Positions 1 through 13,472 of a stretch of DNA of 64,000 nt are shown here, piece after piece (within the stretch, counting starts at the first letter, position 1; each line of letters starts with the position of its first letter). Made by a program: the position numbers and the translations under genes. The notes under the pieces were generated by a model. The model worked only from the letters and a program-made list of their open reading frames with translations, was not told where the DNA came from and did no database searches. The DNA is from Lama guanicoe (lineage: Eukaryota), in assembly GCA_013239625.1 (NCBI GenBank), contig MU054323.1:8731220-8795219 (forward strand), given 5' to 3'.

Positions 1-6
1 CCTTAC

Positions 7-153
7 CTGAGCGGTGCCAGCCAAAGGTCATGGTGCGGGTGGCCGGACGGGTAGAGAGCCAGAGAGAGAAGAGGCTGCCCATCATGCTGCCCACGTCTGC
101 CAACAGGTGGGCGGCATCAGTCATGATGGCCAGGCTGTGGGCCAAATACCCAC
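7..153 (-). CDS. SLC30A3: SLC30A3 coding exon 3
   Basis: TGCAG| acceptor; CDF signature [14 protein letters not shown]; |GTAAGG donor. Confidence 0.95.
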
Positions 154-3100
154 CTGCAAGGGCAAAGAGAGGTACACTCTGGTCCATTCAGCAAATATGC
201 AGCGTGTGTAGAGGCTCGGAAAAGAGGTCGAGGGGACATATGCCAAAATGTGAACTACAACTTTTCTCCGGTAATGGAATTACATGGAGTTTCCATTGTC
301 TTCTTTTCACTTATTCACATTTTCTAGTGTTTTTATAACATATTTTCATAACAGGAAAGTAGGGTTGTTTAAAAGACCAGTTACTACTGAGAAGCCAGCC
401 CTGGCCCCAGACCTTGCTCTGAATCCCACTGGTACTGTCCCCTCACCCTGAGTCCTGGGCACTCAGCTCCCCCATCCCAGCCACCCCCATCTTCTCTGCA
501 CCTCTACCCAGGAACATCCCTGGGACTCTGGGTGGAAAGTGGCCTAGGCAGGAGTCTGGAGGATGAGGTTGGAGGAGCTGCTGTCCAACTTACCCACCAC
601 CTCCCCGGCCATGAAGATGCAGCACACAGCACAGGCGGCACACAGCTGCCTCTGCGCCTGCAGCCTCTCAGGGGTGAGACCCGGCTGTGGCTGGGGGTCC
701 CTGTGGCAGTGGTGGAAGGACATCTCCACAGGTTTGGGCTCTTCAGGGAGGGCCTCTGAGGGCTCTGTGAAGAGACTGAAGCAGGCAACACATTTGAACC
801 TGGGGCCTGGTTCACAGGCAAACCTGCTCCTCACTCCCAGGTCCTGGGTCCCCCAGACTGGCTTCATCCTATGTCCCACCTCTTGCTCCCTCCCCAGGCC
901 TGATCAAACCCAGGAGCTATGTTGACAGAGGGCCACATGAGAGAGAGGGGCTAAATGGACAGCTCAGATCCCAGCCCTCCTTTTCCTTTCATATACAGAG
1001 CCATAGAATTTCACAGAACCCGTGGAAATCACCTTAGTCTACCGCTTATTAAAGAATTAGAAGTATAAGGCTCAGAGAGGGAGAGGACCTATAGAGGCCA
1101 CACAGCTAGTTAGTGGTCGAACTGAGGTTAGACTCCAGCCAAATGAATTCATGATAGGCATCACAGGAATACAAAATGAGCAGGATACCCTTTCTGATCT
1201 CTTGGAGCCTTTGGTGAATAAGACAAACGTGAACCTAAATACCATGGGATGTAGCAGAAGTTAGCTATTGCCTGAGAGCAGTTAAAACAAAGTGCTACCA
1301 GGGCTCAGATAGAAGAATAATGCTGCCTCTAATGAGGAAATCAAGAAAACAACTGAAGGAGGCACCTGAGAAGGGCCTGGAAGGATGGGAAGGATTTTGA
1401 TAAAGGGGAGGTACACATGCCAGGCGAAGGCACTATGAAGGGGAGGTGGTGTGAAAGTGTGGGGTGGGGCTCAGCACGTGGTCCTAACCTCAGTGCCCCC
1501 TCCCAGACCTATCTCCAAGTGCCTTCATTCACAGGTCCTTCGCATTCCCTCTCTAGACATGCAGCTGAATGTGGCCCTTTAAGAGAAGAGTAGAATGTTG
1601 AGACCCCAAAAGTCTGAATTTCCTGGCACAGAGAACTAGTGTCCAGATTCCAATGCTGGGTTGTCATGGGGAGGAGAGAATGCAGACTGCTGTGGCTGGG
1701 GATGGTAGCAATAGGAGCACCAGATTTGGAGTCTGCCATGTGTTAGCTGGACCTTAGTCTGACCATAAGCACCCAGCAGAAGCCACCTTAACTGCAATAA
1801 CATAAAACTACCTTGACAAATGAACAGGGTTAGGGGCCTCACCTGGGGATGCTAGAGGGTAAGCTCAGGCTGGCTGAGTTTTAGGTCCATTATGGCCTAA
1901 TTCTCACCCCTACTACTGCCCAACCTGAACCCCAGCAAGAACAGAATCTTCTACAGCATAAAGGACCTAAATAGAAAAGTACAGTCCTAGAAATACTCAC
2001 AAGGGTGTGACAAGAATACCCTTTAGAGAAAATTAAGGCTCCATATAGAAATGTGATCACAGCAGTAAAGTGGGGAGGGGTGCCTGGGGCCTTCTGGCTG
2101 AGGAAAGCTCTGCCAAGTGAATGAATTCAGGTGAAAGGTGGGCAGGGGCACATTTGGGGCTTCTGGGGAAAATTCATGTGCTAGCAGGTAGGTAAATTTC
2201 TTGGAATTCCCTTTCAAGACTTAGAATCTGGATCTGTATGATTCCAGGTGTGTTTCCAGAAGAGATGGGACATGAGGGTGGCTTTGAAACCCATCCTTAT
2301 TCTTCAATGAGCTGTATCAGGCAGTGTACACATACTGAAGCTTAGTCTAGTGGGAGAGACAGATGTGTCACAAATGACTTACTCTGCAAGGAGAAGCTGG
2401 GACGAGGAGGGCTATGAACAAAGGATTTTGGAGCACAAGGGAGGAGTGACCAACTCTAAAGGGGATGAGGAGAACTTCACAGAGGGAGCGATGTTTAAGA
2501 TAAGACCTAGGTGGAGAAGGGGGCTCCAGACGCATGAATGCCAATGATAAGATAAGCAGCTTGGAGTTTAAGTGTGAGAAACCAGAAGAAGGTCTGAGGG
2601 CTGAAGAGGAAAGTGATGGGCTCACATGAACATAAAGGGAGATACAATGATTCATCTTTCTTGCGCCCTGGGATAGATGACCTTGCTAATGTACTAGTCT
2701 GGGAGGAAAAGAGGAGAGGAGATGGAAGTGTTGAGAACAGACCAGGCCATAGGCTCCCTCCACAGAATTTTAGAGGAGGGGCAGGTAGGTAGGGAAGAAT
2801 CTGTTCCAGAAAATACTGCAGGATTTGGTGACTAATGGTCATATGAGAATGAAGATAAGCTGGGAGTCAGAGATGCCGGTCTGAAGAGCAAACAGATGTG
2901 GGTAGCTTTGGGGCAGTGGGCAAGATGCTTTTCCAGGCCCTGTAAGACACAGTGCAGCCAGGCATCAAGGTAGCCAGCCATCAACAGGCTGCTCCCTTTT
3001 GTTCTGCATTAACTGGGCACTAAAGAAGCCTCATTGTGGATGTGTGGGTGTGTTGTGTGAATGGTGGGGGGGGGGACTACCTGCTGTTTAGAGAGAAGGA

Positions 3101-4395
3101 AAGACAGTTTTCTGGCCCTCTAAAACCCCTGACAAACAAACAACAAATAATACTGAGCAGGGAAGAAGGGAGATGCAGAAAGGGGAGACTGGCCAGAAGC
3201 AGAGTTTAAAAGGTATGTGAAGAGATGCCAAGGCCAGGGCTGGAGCCCCCACAGCTGCTGGCGTCTGCAGTCCTCCGCAGGAAGGAGTGAGACGGGTAGT
3301 CTTCCCTCCCTTCTGCTCACCCACTCCCCACCCACCCAGGCTTACGGCCCCCACTCAGGGAAAGCGAGAAACACATAGGCACCACATCAGAAACAAAGGG
3401 AAAGGGGTTGGGACGAAAAAGGAAAACTGGGAGAGATGAGGAAAGAGAAAAAGCTGGAGACCCTGTCAAATTCCTGAGATAAACGGACAGTGGGCCAACA
3501 GACAAAATGGCTAGAGGAGGTGGCCAGGGAGGGCCTGGCGCGGCCGCTCAGAGGGACAAGGCGGACAGAGCCGGCGGGCGCCCGGCGAGGGAGGCCGGCG
3601 GGATGCGGAGGCGGTTCTCCGGCCGCCCCCGGCCCTCTGTCCCGACTGCTCTGCGCGCCTCATTTCACACCTCGCCGCCCCCGGCCCCGTCTGTGCAGAG
3701 CCGGGAATACCCCCACCGCCCAGACCGCACCTGCTCCTTCCTTGCCGCCCCCTCGCTTCCCCGCGGCCACCTGCCCCCTAGAAGCCCGGAAGACCCGCCG
3801 CGGAGCCTGGGCCCATCCTGGGCCCGGGTGCCCACAGCTGGCCTCTGGATAGGGCCGGGGGCCTGCAGTTGGGGCCCCGAAGCCTGGGCGGTGAGGTGCT
3901 CCCATCGTCAGGGCCTCAGGGCAATGCGTACATCGGGGCACCTGGCGCAGACTTCGGCCCGACGGAGGGACAGTAGCTCGCCTGGAAGTCTGATGCGGCG
4001 GGGACAGCGGAGGGGTCGGGAAGCTTGTGGAGCCGGCCGGGGAGCTGTTTCGCGGGACCGGGAGAAATAGGGTGGCCGGGAGGAGGCAGAGCAGACTGTT
4101 GAGCGGTGGGGGTCCGGGCTGGCTGAGCTGACCGGGGGCGTCTCTGTGGGCTGAAGGGGACAGAGCCCAGCGCCACAAAGCCGAGGGGGTCGCGGGGCGC
4201 TGGGGCCGCCTGCCGGGGCCGCGCCGAAAGAGACAACGAAATGGACGGAAGACAGGAGGGTGGCGCCCCCAGGCCAAGGGCCGGCCCAGGTCTGTCCTAC
4301 CTCTTCAAACGCAGGCCGCCACCGGCGCCGCCGCGGTCCCGGGGGTTCACCAGGCGAGTGGTCTCCGATCCCCCAGTGGTGGCAGAGGGTTCCAT
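7..4395 (-). CDS. SLC30A3: Zinc transporter 3 (ZnT3), 5' part; join(4301..4395, 594..775, 7..153), continues past the left edge
   Basis: Spliced translation [44 protein letters not shown]...[56 protein letters not shown] matches recalled ZnT3; GT-AG junctions; exons 95/182/147 bp with consistent phase. Confidence 0.96.
594..775 (-). CDS. SLC30A3: SLC30A3 coding exon 2
   Basis: TTCAG| acceptor; LFTEPSE...HHCHRDP...GEVV; |GTAAGT donor. Confidence 0.95.
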
Positions 4396-4960
4396 TTCCC
4401 CCAGGCCCCGACCGTCTAGACCCCACAGATGGAGGGAGAGGAGGGGCCAGCCCCGCGCCAAGTCCGAGTGGCCAGTCGACCCCTGGAATCCCCGCAGGGC
4501 CGCGGGGCCACCAGAGTGGAGGGAACTGCGGCGACTGTGGCGCGGGTAGTACGAACTGCAGATCCCGCGGCCGCTGGAGCCCCGCCCCGAGTGGGGCGAG
4601 CTCCCCAAGCCCCGCCTCCACGCTCCTCGGCCTCACCCCCCCACGCCTAAGCCCCTTCCCCGGAGCCTCGCCTTCCTGGCCAAAGCCCCATTTCCTGGTG
4701 CCAGAGTCAAGATGGGGTGGCAGGAGCCCTTAGCGCCCCGGCTGGATTCTGGAGAACTCTAGATATCCACAGCCCCACCCCTAGGCGGTCTAGCCCCGCC
4801 CATAAAAGCCCCGCCTACCGGTTCCAAGCCGAGCTCCTCAAGCCTAGGAACCTCCTGACCAATCTTCGCCAAAGGGACACCGCCCCGTGCACGTCCACAC
4901 CGGAGCGTCCCCCCGCCACCTGTCACTCGTGGCCCCAGCCCCTCACACGGAGACAAACAG
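3530..4960. promoter_or_regulatory. CpG island over SLC30A3 promoter, exon 1 and start of intron 1
   Basis: Very GC-rich, dense CpG, several CCCGCC GC boxes upstream of the ATG. Confidence 0.8.
4301..4395 (-). CDS. SLC30A3: SLC30A3 coding exon 1
   Basis: ATG at 4395; donor GAG|GTAGGA. Confidence 0.93.
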
Positions 4961-5939
4961 GTGTGGAGGAGAGTACCACAAAGAATGTGGGCAAGCAGTG
5001 TGACACATCCAGGAGAACCACAGGGACTCCCGCCAGAAACCCCTCTGTGAAGGATGTGGGGTCGGAATTCGCGAGCAAAATCTGCTGCCGAGTACTTTAC
5101 CACTCATTATTATTTATTTATATAGAGACATGGAGTGACAAAAGGTTCCTGCTCTCCTTCGATCCATCATTATCCCTATTTTTTGGATGAGTAAACTGAG
5201 TTCCAGAAGAAGAAGGGTCCAGGGTCGTGCGGCCAGTAAGTAAAGTGCTGGAACTGGAATTGTATCCTCTCTCTCCCTCCCCGGTTCAGGGCGCCGCACT
5301 GGAGAGAGTGCGCGCCTTAGTTTTGTCACTGAGAAGCTGGGGCAGCCTGAGGGAAGAGCGGCGCCACCTCTCTGGAGTCACAAGCCCCAAGTTCATGGAG
5401 GGAGGCTGCAGTCAGCTTGTCGGCAGGTGATTCCTTACCTCCAAACCTGTAGCACCTTCCCGGGTATTACCTGATTTTGCCTTGTTCTAAGAAAGCCCCC
5501 AGGGGCAGGAGTGACTTAGAGCAAAGTCGGTGGCTGAGCCTGGAATCGAAGCTTCAAATGCTCAATGTTCTCTGCCTCTCACACCTGCCGCCAGTGTAGG
5601 ATGAAAAGAGGGTGGTGATTGGATTGTGCACTTCAAGCTGTGACACTCTGTGAAGAGGAGGGTCCGTAGGAGGAGGGGAAATAGTGAGCATGGATGGGAA
5701 AGCTTGGAGGGTGGGAGTGATTAGTGAGCCAAGGCAAGAAACCCAACAGCCCCACCCTTCAGAATACCCTGAGTTTCAGAATACCCTTCAGAATGAATTT
5801 AGGGTTCTGGTGATAGACATCTACCCCCAACATTGTTTTTCCAAACAGAGACTGAGTGTGCACTTCCAAAAACAAACAAAAAAACTGGAGAACGCGCCAA
5901 TTAGAGTTGTTGGAAGTGATGGGGTTAACCCGGGAGAGC

Positions 5940-6840
5940 TTCGCGGAGGAGGTAAGGCTTGAACGGATTAGGCAAGCTGGGCGGCGGGCTGGCTGTTCTG
6001 GCGGGGGAGAGTGCGGCTGATGCCAAGGTTTGCGGGCGGCGTGTGCTAAGGGATCGTTCTGCGCGGGGTAGCGGTGCGGAACGGAAGAACGAAAGGGTCT
6101 GCGCGCGCCCTCGGCGCCGCGCCTCCACCCACGCCCTGCTCGGAGCCGACTCCAGCCTCTTCTCCGCACGCTCCCCACAACTCCCCGCCCAAGGCCTAGC
6201 CCCAAGTCCACGTGGGGCTAGAGAGAGAGGATGAGGGGGTGGCTTTCGTCCTCCAACCTCCTCTAGTGGCTTGGGGCCTCAGCTCTTTCCTTGGGTTTTA
6301 GGGTGACAAACTGAAGCGGCGAGAGGGGAAGCCACTAGCCGGGCTAAGGTCACCTTGTTGGTCCGTCTCAGAGCCGGGGTGGAATTCATGTCCCCGCTCG
6401 CCGATGCCAGGGCCCGGGTCACGTCCTGCCTGGTGCCGTCGGTTTTCGAAGCTCCGCACCGGGCCTGAGGCTTTGCCAGTTCTGAGAGCTTTGGAGCTGG
6501 GACGCGAGGGCCACCACTCAATCCAGGGCTCGATGCGGTAGCCTCGCCCGAAGCCGCCCGGGCGGGCGACCTCGAAAATGGGCAGAAACTGCGGGGCCCT
6601 ATGCGGGAAAGGAGCTTCTAGGCACGCCTCAGCCGATGACGACAACAGGGGACGTGATAATAACAACAATGGCTTCCTCCGGGATTTCCCTTCCTTGGCA
6701 GCCGGTGGCGCACGGGCGGCAGCGCCGGGTGCCCGAGAGGGGGCGCAGACGCTGGCACGTGCTGCCCCGCCACCACCCCTGGGCAGAGAGTGAGAAAGCA
6801 GGGAAGGGAAACGGGCGTCGGAGCAGGTAGATAAAAAGGG
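5940..6840. promoter_or_regulatory. Second CpG island upstream of SLC30A3 (possible alternative promoter/enhancer)
   Basis: CpG-dense block about 1.5-2.4 kb upstream of the SLC30A3 ATG. Confidence 0.6.
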
Positions 6841-8084
6841 CTGCCGTTTGCCTCGGTTCCCTGGCCTTGGAACGTGCTGAGAGCACTGGCGAGAATACCA
6901 ACAGTTCCTTTTGCTTGGAAATTAATGCAAGAAAAGCCTGGCAGTGAAACAGACAGACTGCACCTGTTTCTCAAAGAACCATCAAGTGGCCCTAAGAAAA
7001 TCTTTGCAAAGGGTCCTCTTGAATGCCAGGTCTGAGGAAGGCATTCTGCACCTGATAGGAGCCAGGAAAATTGTGCAGATGTTAAAAGGGCAGCTTAGGG
7101 CTGGTGCTCTATATGGAACTCTAGTCTTCTAAGAACAATTCATTCAACATTTACTGAGCTCTTATTTCCTGCCACGCACCTTGCTATCCTAGCTGGGGAT
7201 TCCTGGTGCATAAGATAGATGTGTTCTCTCCCCTCCTGGCTTTAACTTCATTGCAAGAAATTTCTATTCTGCAGTTTTGGGTTAATGGTTTACCCACATG
7301 CTCCTTTCTCAGATACCAATTTTCCCTAAGGTGAGTCCCTGGGCCCCTCTTAGTCCCAAAGGTGTTATGGAGGCAGGAAGCCCTGGATGTTCCTGGGAGG
7401 ACAGGTCAGTGCCAGCTTCCAGAGCAGAGGGTGACAGAGCAGGTCGGAAAGGGGCTTCAGAGGGACCCAGGCTCAACAAATACATATTTGGAGAGAAGGA
7501 AAGCAAAGCCCAGTGGTGATTTAGGCTGGGCTGGAGATCTCAGGCAAGATTTGGGATCCAAGCATGTGGGCAAGGGTTAACACTTAAAAGGTCCAAGCAA
7601 GGCTGAAGGGTACATGCAGAGGTGTTAACCACAGAAAACCTTTCCTGACTTCCCCCAGGCTGAGTTACGTGCTTCTCCTCGGTGCTCTCAAGACCCGCTG
7701 TGCTTAGGTGATGGTAGCACTCACCACTCTGTAACAAAATTGTTTGCTTGTCAGTCTCCTCACTAGAGTACAAGCTCCCTGAAGACATATGTTGTCTTTC
7801 TCACCACTGTGTCACCAGTACCCTGTGGTTCCTGATACAAAGTCCTTGATAATCCTCGATAAAGCCATCCCAGAAAGGAGGAGCTGATTGTCAGAGTGGA
7901 AGCAGGATGGAGGAAGTAGTATTTTAGTCAAAGTTAGAAAGGATGAGGGAGGGCTGCAGTTTAAATGTCACCTCCCCAGGGAAGCCTTCCCTGACCCCCT
8001 AAACCAGGCTAGTGCATGATATACATTCTCATTGCACACTTCTTTATCTTCCTCAGCACTTAACATACTGTAATTGAATTGCTA

Positions 8085-8660
8085 TTTACAATAGCCAGGA
8101 CATGGAAACAACCTAAATGTCCACGGACAGGTGAATGGAAAAAGAAAATGTGGTAAATATACACAATGGACTACTACTCAGCCATAAAAAAGAATAAAAT
8201 AATGCCATTTGCAGCAACATGGATGGACCTGGAGATTGTCATTCTAAGTGAAGTAAGCCAGAAAAAGAAAGAAAAATGCCATATGATATTGCTTATATGT
8301 GGAATCTTAAAAAAAGGACACAATGAACTTCTCTACAAAACAGAAACAGACTCACAGACATAGAGAACAAATTTATGGTTACCAGGGGGTAAAGGGGATG
8401 GGAAGGGATAAATTGGGAGTTTGAGATTTGCAGATACTAACTACTATATATAAAACAGATAAACAAGTTTATACTGTATAGCACAGGGAACTATATTCAC
8501 TATCTTGTGGTAACCTATAATGAAAAAGAATATGAAAAGGAATATATGTATGTATATATATAACTGAAACATTATGCTGTACACCAGAAATTGACACAAC
8601 ATTGTAGACTGACTAGACTTCAATTAAAAAAGAATGCAAAAAAAAGGATGCAAATTTTAA
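8085..8660 (+). mobile_element. 5'-truncated LINE-1 3' end (cetartiodactyl type)
   Basis: L1 ORF2-end/3'UTR sequence ([33 protein letters not shown]), A-rich tail, candidate TSD AATTGCTA at 8077-8084 and 8662-8669. Confidence 0.85.
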
Positions 8661-8679
8661 AAATTGCTACTTGGGGATT

Positions 8680-9960
8680 CTTTGTTTCTTCACTTGGCTT
8701 CCAGGATACCATAATCTGGTTTTCCTCCTATTTCACTGACTGCTTATTTTCAGTTTCCTTTTCTGGTTCCTCCTCATCTGCCCCATGTTTTAATGCTGGC
8801 ATAGTCCAGGACTCAGGCACCCTCTTCTCTCACCTTTCTACACTCACTCCCATGGAGATATCATCCAGTCTCAAGGCTCTAAGTACTATCTGGAAACGGC
8901 AGAAAGCAATGATTGTTGAAGCTGGGTGATGAGTACGTGGGGGATCATTGGACTATTCAGTTTTTGTATGTGTATGAAATTTTCTATTAAAAGGAAACTA
9001 AAAAAATTAATGGCATCTTAGATGACAGTGATTCCCAGATCTCTCACTTGAACTCCAAATTTGTATACCCAAGTATCAGTTTGACCTCTCCTCTTTAATG
9101 TCTACTAGGCATCTCAAGCTTCATCTAAAACTAAGCTCCTGATTGTCACCTCCATCCCAAAACTCCTCTTCCAGCAGTCCTCCCACGTCAGAACATGGTA
9201 ACTATATCCTTCCATTTGCTCAGACTAGAGACCTCAGCATCATCCTTGACTTCTCTATTTTTACCCCACATCCAGCCTGTCAGCAAATCCTGCTCCCACC
9301 TTTGTCCAGCCCCTGTCGTCTGCCTTCTTGATTATTGCAGTAGCCTCCTAGGTTGTCTTCCTTTTTCTACACTTGCTGCACTATAGTCTATCCTCAATCC
9401 AGGCTAGGCAACTAGGCCAGATCTCATCACTCCCCATCTCAGTATCAGCCAAAGTCCTTCCACGGGCCTGCAAAGTCTAATGCAACCCAGCCCCTTCTGA
9501 TCTCACTTCACACTCCTCCCACCTCAGTCCCCAGCCACTCTGGCCTTTAGGTGTCCTGCAACACACCAGGTATGCTCCCACCCCAGGGCCTTTGCATTTA
9601 CTCATTTCTTCACCTATAATACACTTTGCCAGATGTCTTCACGACTCACCTGAGGACCTGCTTCAGGTCTCAACTCAAATAGCACCTTCTCTGGTGGTGG
9701 GCCCTCTCTGCTTATCCTTTTAAAAATGGCAGTCTTCTCTTAAAAATTTTCCATCTCCATCTCCTGCTTTATGTTTCTCCATAGCAATTTTTATCACCTA
9801 ATGTACTGTATATTTTACTTATTTTATTTACTATCTGTGTCCTCTCACAAAAAAGCTCCATGATAGCAGAAATTTTTGTCTATTTTTTATGCTGCTATAT
9901 CCCCAGCACCTAGAACAGTGCCTGGCACATGCTAGCACCTGACGATATTAATGAATGTCT
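8680..9960 (+). mobile_element. LINE-2 (L2) fragments
   Basis: L2-like motifs (ccccagggcctttgcatt, cagcacctagaacagtgcctggcaca, aatgaatg tail). Confidence 0.65.
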
Positions 9961-11844
9961 GTCTTCCACATTTAAGCTATCATCTATGAGAGTCAATTGT
10001 CATTGTATCCAAGATACCAGGCATATAGCAATGCTTAATAGATATCTGTTGAATAAGTGAATAGATTAAAAGGATAATTCATGAGGGAAAATGGTGCAAG
10101 GGCAATGGTATAGAGGTGAGAAAGAACAGGAAAACTTAGAGGGGAAAAAAAAGACTGATCATTATGGAAGATTTACTGGATGGCAATAGGAGACAATGTG
10201 TTTGGAGGTATGAAGTTGTAGAGTTCATTGCCAGATTTAAAGGGTTGTTTTGCATCCTGCAGGCTATGAGCAAAGAAGTGGGAATGATGGGAACATTGCT
10301 GTATGAATACTGATCTGGCAGCAGTATCCAGGATGAGACGGGCAGTTAAGCAAGCATCATGAAAATCTTTTTAACTGAGGTGCTTCAAGGCCATGGGAGC
10401 TGAAAAGAAGGGACAAGTGAAACAGTAATTTTGAGAAAAGAAATTAATAAGACTTTCTGGCCTGAATTTGGGGGAAATAACGAGTCCAAAGCCCACTGAT
10501 GTTGGGGTTTTGAGCAGCACTACCTTGGAAACAGTCATAACATTAATGTACATAGAGAAAGCAAGGGATACAACCAGTTTGCGGGCGAGGTCATGAGCCT
10601 GGTTTTGAGGTACTGGGAGACTGGCATATGGATGACACTAAACTGAGCTAAAGCAGAGTTGTGCCAGCTGAAGCCTTGCCTATAGGCTGCGTCTCTGAAG
10701 TAGAGAGGAGACAGCAGAAGCTTAAAGACCAACTCATAGAAGAATATCCACAATCAGGAAGTGAAAGGGAGAGGAGCCAGCAAGGGGCACAGGAAACTTA
10801 CCAGAGATGGAGGAGGAGAATCAGAACAATGCAGAGCCACAGACTTGAAAAGATGTAAAACTGGTGGAGCTGAACAGAAAGGAGAGAAGTGATTTAAGGC
10901 CCAAAGTCTCCTCCCAAAACATAGCCTGTTATTTTCACTTCATTTAGTCATACTGCCTAAAATTCTGCCAGTTATTCCTTTTGTGTAAGAATTAAAAGGG
11001 TGAGGTATTAATAGTCATTCTCACTATAAGCTGAATTACGGTGTTTTAATCAGACTGCTTTCCACCTAACCCTTAGGGATGAGATCATTTTATGGAGGTT
11101 AATCTTTTTTATTAGAAATGTTGAAAGGAGAGGACGTGAGGAAGGTAATTTTGGAGTTCTGCTGCTCAGAGAACACTGTGGGTGGTATTATGGGTAGCCA
11201 GAGGGCAGCATGAGGGCACTGGGTAGAGGAATGAGAAAATGGGGTTCTAAGAGGCTCATGAAAGGATGTAGAAAGGGGATAGAAGGATTCCAATGACAAT
11301 TTCCAAATCTTCTTAGAGGGAGGATCCTGATTTACCCCTTCTTTCCAGAGACAGGATGGAAAGCAATTTTTCTCTTCACTAAATTGGGAGGAGACAGGAC
11401 AGAAAGAGTGATGACAATGGTGATTATGATGACATAGCACTTATCACGTACCAAGCACTGTTCAAATTAAACATTTCATCCTCCTAACAACCCTAAGAGG
11501 CAGAGCCTATTATCTCCATTTTACAGATAAGGCAGGTGTGCCCTGTTAGGTCTGCAGAGTCTGGGGTCGCAGGGCAGAGAGGCTAGGAGTATAGAGCCGC
11601 CTCTCTAGCTGGAAGCCCGCCACCTCCCACCACGAGACGTCTGCCCTGGGGAGGACGGGCCAACAAACTGGGCCGGAGGTGTTTTTAGTCACGTGTAGTA
11701 TGTATGCCTTCAACTGAGGCAAGGGAAAGCAGGACATTACCTGACATCACCAAGAAAGGAGGTGAATATCAACTACAGCTTTGGTCTGTCTCTACACCTA
11801 GATTTTAAAATGGGAAGGGAGCTGGTGTGTATAAGGAGCAGTCA

Positions 11845-12020
11845 GGGTATAGACACTGAACCTGGAGTCAGAAGACTTAAGTCTAGACCCTACTGGCTGA
11901 CCTTGGGCAGGTTAATCCTTCTCTCTGGGTCACACTTTTCCCAATTACAAAATGAAGACACTGGATAAGAGTGAAGTCTCTGAGGTCCCTTCCAGCTCAA
12001 AAACTGTACAATTCTAGAAC
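11845..12020 (+). mobile_element. MIR SINE
   Basis: MIR core: ggagtcagaagac...gaccttgggcaggttaatccttctctctggg...aaaatg...ggtcccttccagctc. Confidence 0.6.
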
Positions 12021-13424
12021 CTGGTACTTGGGTATGACAAATTATGATCCCTCTCTCCCACTGCATATGTTTGAGAGCATGATATTTTGGGTATAAATAT
12101 GCCAATGTCTGCTGTCTGTATGTGTATATTCCAGTTATATGACTAAAACTTTAGTTGTTTGTGGGTAAATAAGGGATGCTTCTTGGTTTTCTCTAGGAGA
12201 GACCAAATGGCTCTGTGAGGTGGTAAACACTGAGATCACTGACTTAAGGTATGGCGGGAGGGCAAATGATTCCAGAAAAGATTTTAGTCTGTAATCATTC
12301 TTTAGCATGGTTATTTTCATTTTTTCCCATTATTTTCACAACCAAATTTAATTTAATCTTGACCTCAACCCTGTGAAATGACACAGGATTTTACAGAAGA
12401 GGGAAAAGAGACTCAGAGATTAAGTGACTTGTCTAAGATCACACAGCCTGTTAAAACCCAGAGCTGAAACTAAGAACTAGGGCTTCCACCTCCTGGCTTG
12501 TGTACTCTTCCCAGTTCTGTGCTAGGTGTCAGAAGAGAACTTGTGCATAGAAAATGGAGTCAAAAGGGGTCTGTTTCTAGGTGAAGGCCAAGTGGAGGGC
12601 CTCTGCCAGAGGAAGCCAGGCCGACCTGCCTGCTCTGTTCCCATCTCCGCAACCTGCTGGCTGCCCTGCCATTTGTTTCAGAGCAGAGGCTCAGAAGACT
12701 CAAAGATAATGGCTATTTCAAGAGCCACGAACTATGATTAGAATTAATTAGAATGTCAGAGGGCAGCGATAAGAAGTAATAGCATTCTGGAGCCTCTGGC
12801 AAGATGTGAAAGATGTTTACTAACTCTTCTCAGAAACTAATTTGCCCTCTCTTCGTTTTTGGCTCACTTCTATAAAGCAGGGATGTGATCACACCACCTT
12901 CCAGGGTTGTGGTGAGGATCGAAGGAGACATTTAGGTTAAAGTGCTTCTGAAACAGTACATACACAAAAGTGTGCTTGTTGATTAAACCAACCAACATTT
13001 ATTGAGTACCTACACTATTGCAGGAACTGTGTTAGGAACTGGAGGAAAACTAAGACAAACAAGACACAAGGAGCTCAGAATTGCCATTACTATCTCCCCT
13101 AGCGCCTTCTGTCTTCTTGGCCCCTTGTGTCTCTTCTTGTCTAGGACCGCATGAGGAAAGAGGGGCTCTGTAGTCCTGTCCAATGCCCCAGCGAAGTGCT
13201 TCTGTCCCAGGGAATCGTTGTTACTGCGCAAACACTGGGCCTCCATTGGACCAGCAGAGGGCTCCCTCTGCTATAGCTCACACAGCAAATCATTAATTCA
13301 CTTCCTGTGAGCCAGGCATGGTTCTCCATGCTGGAGGTACAATGGCAAACAAACATACAAGGTCCCTGCCCTCATGGAGTTGACTGTCTACTGGTGAAGG
13401 CAGACCTGAAACAAATCAACATGC

Positions 13425-13427
<3 letters not shown>

Positions 13428-13472
<45 letters not shown>
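13428..13472. repeat. (TA)n microsatellite
   Basis: About 22 TA units with one GT interruption. Confidence 0.95.

Noticed and set aside
3490..5190. Many long overlapping ORFs (up to 242 aa) around SLC30A3 exon 1
   Set aside because: Stop-poor GC-rich CpG island; Pro/Arg/Gly-rich translations with no recognisable domain; only 4301-4395 is supported coding sequence
8166..8363. 65-aa [22 protein letters not shown]
   Set aside because: Terminal LINE-1 ORF2 remnant, not a host gene
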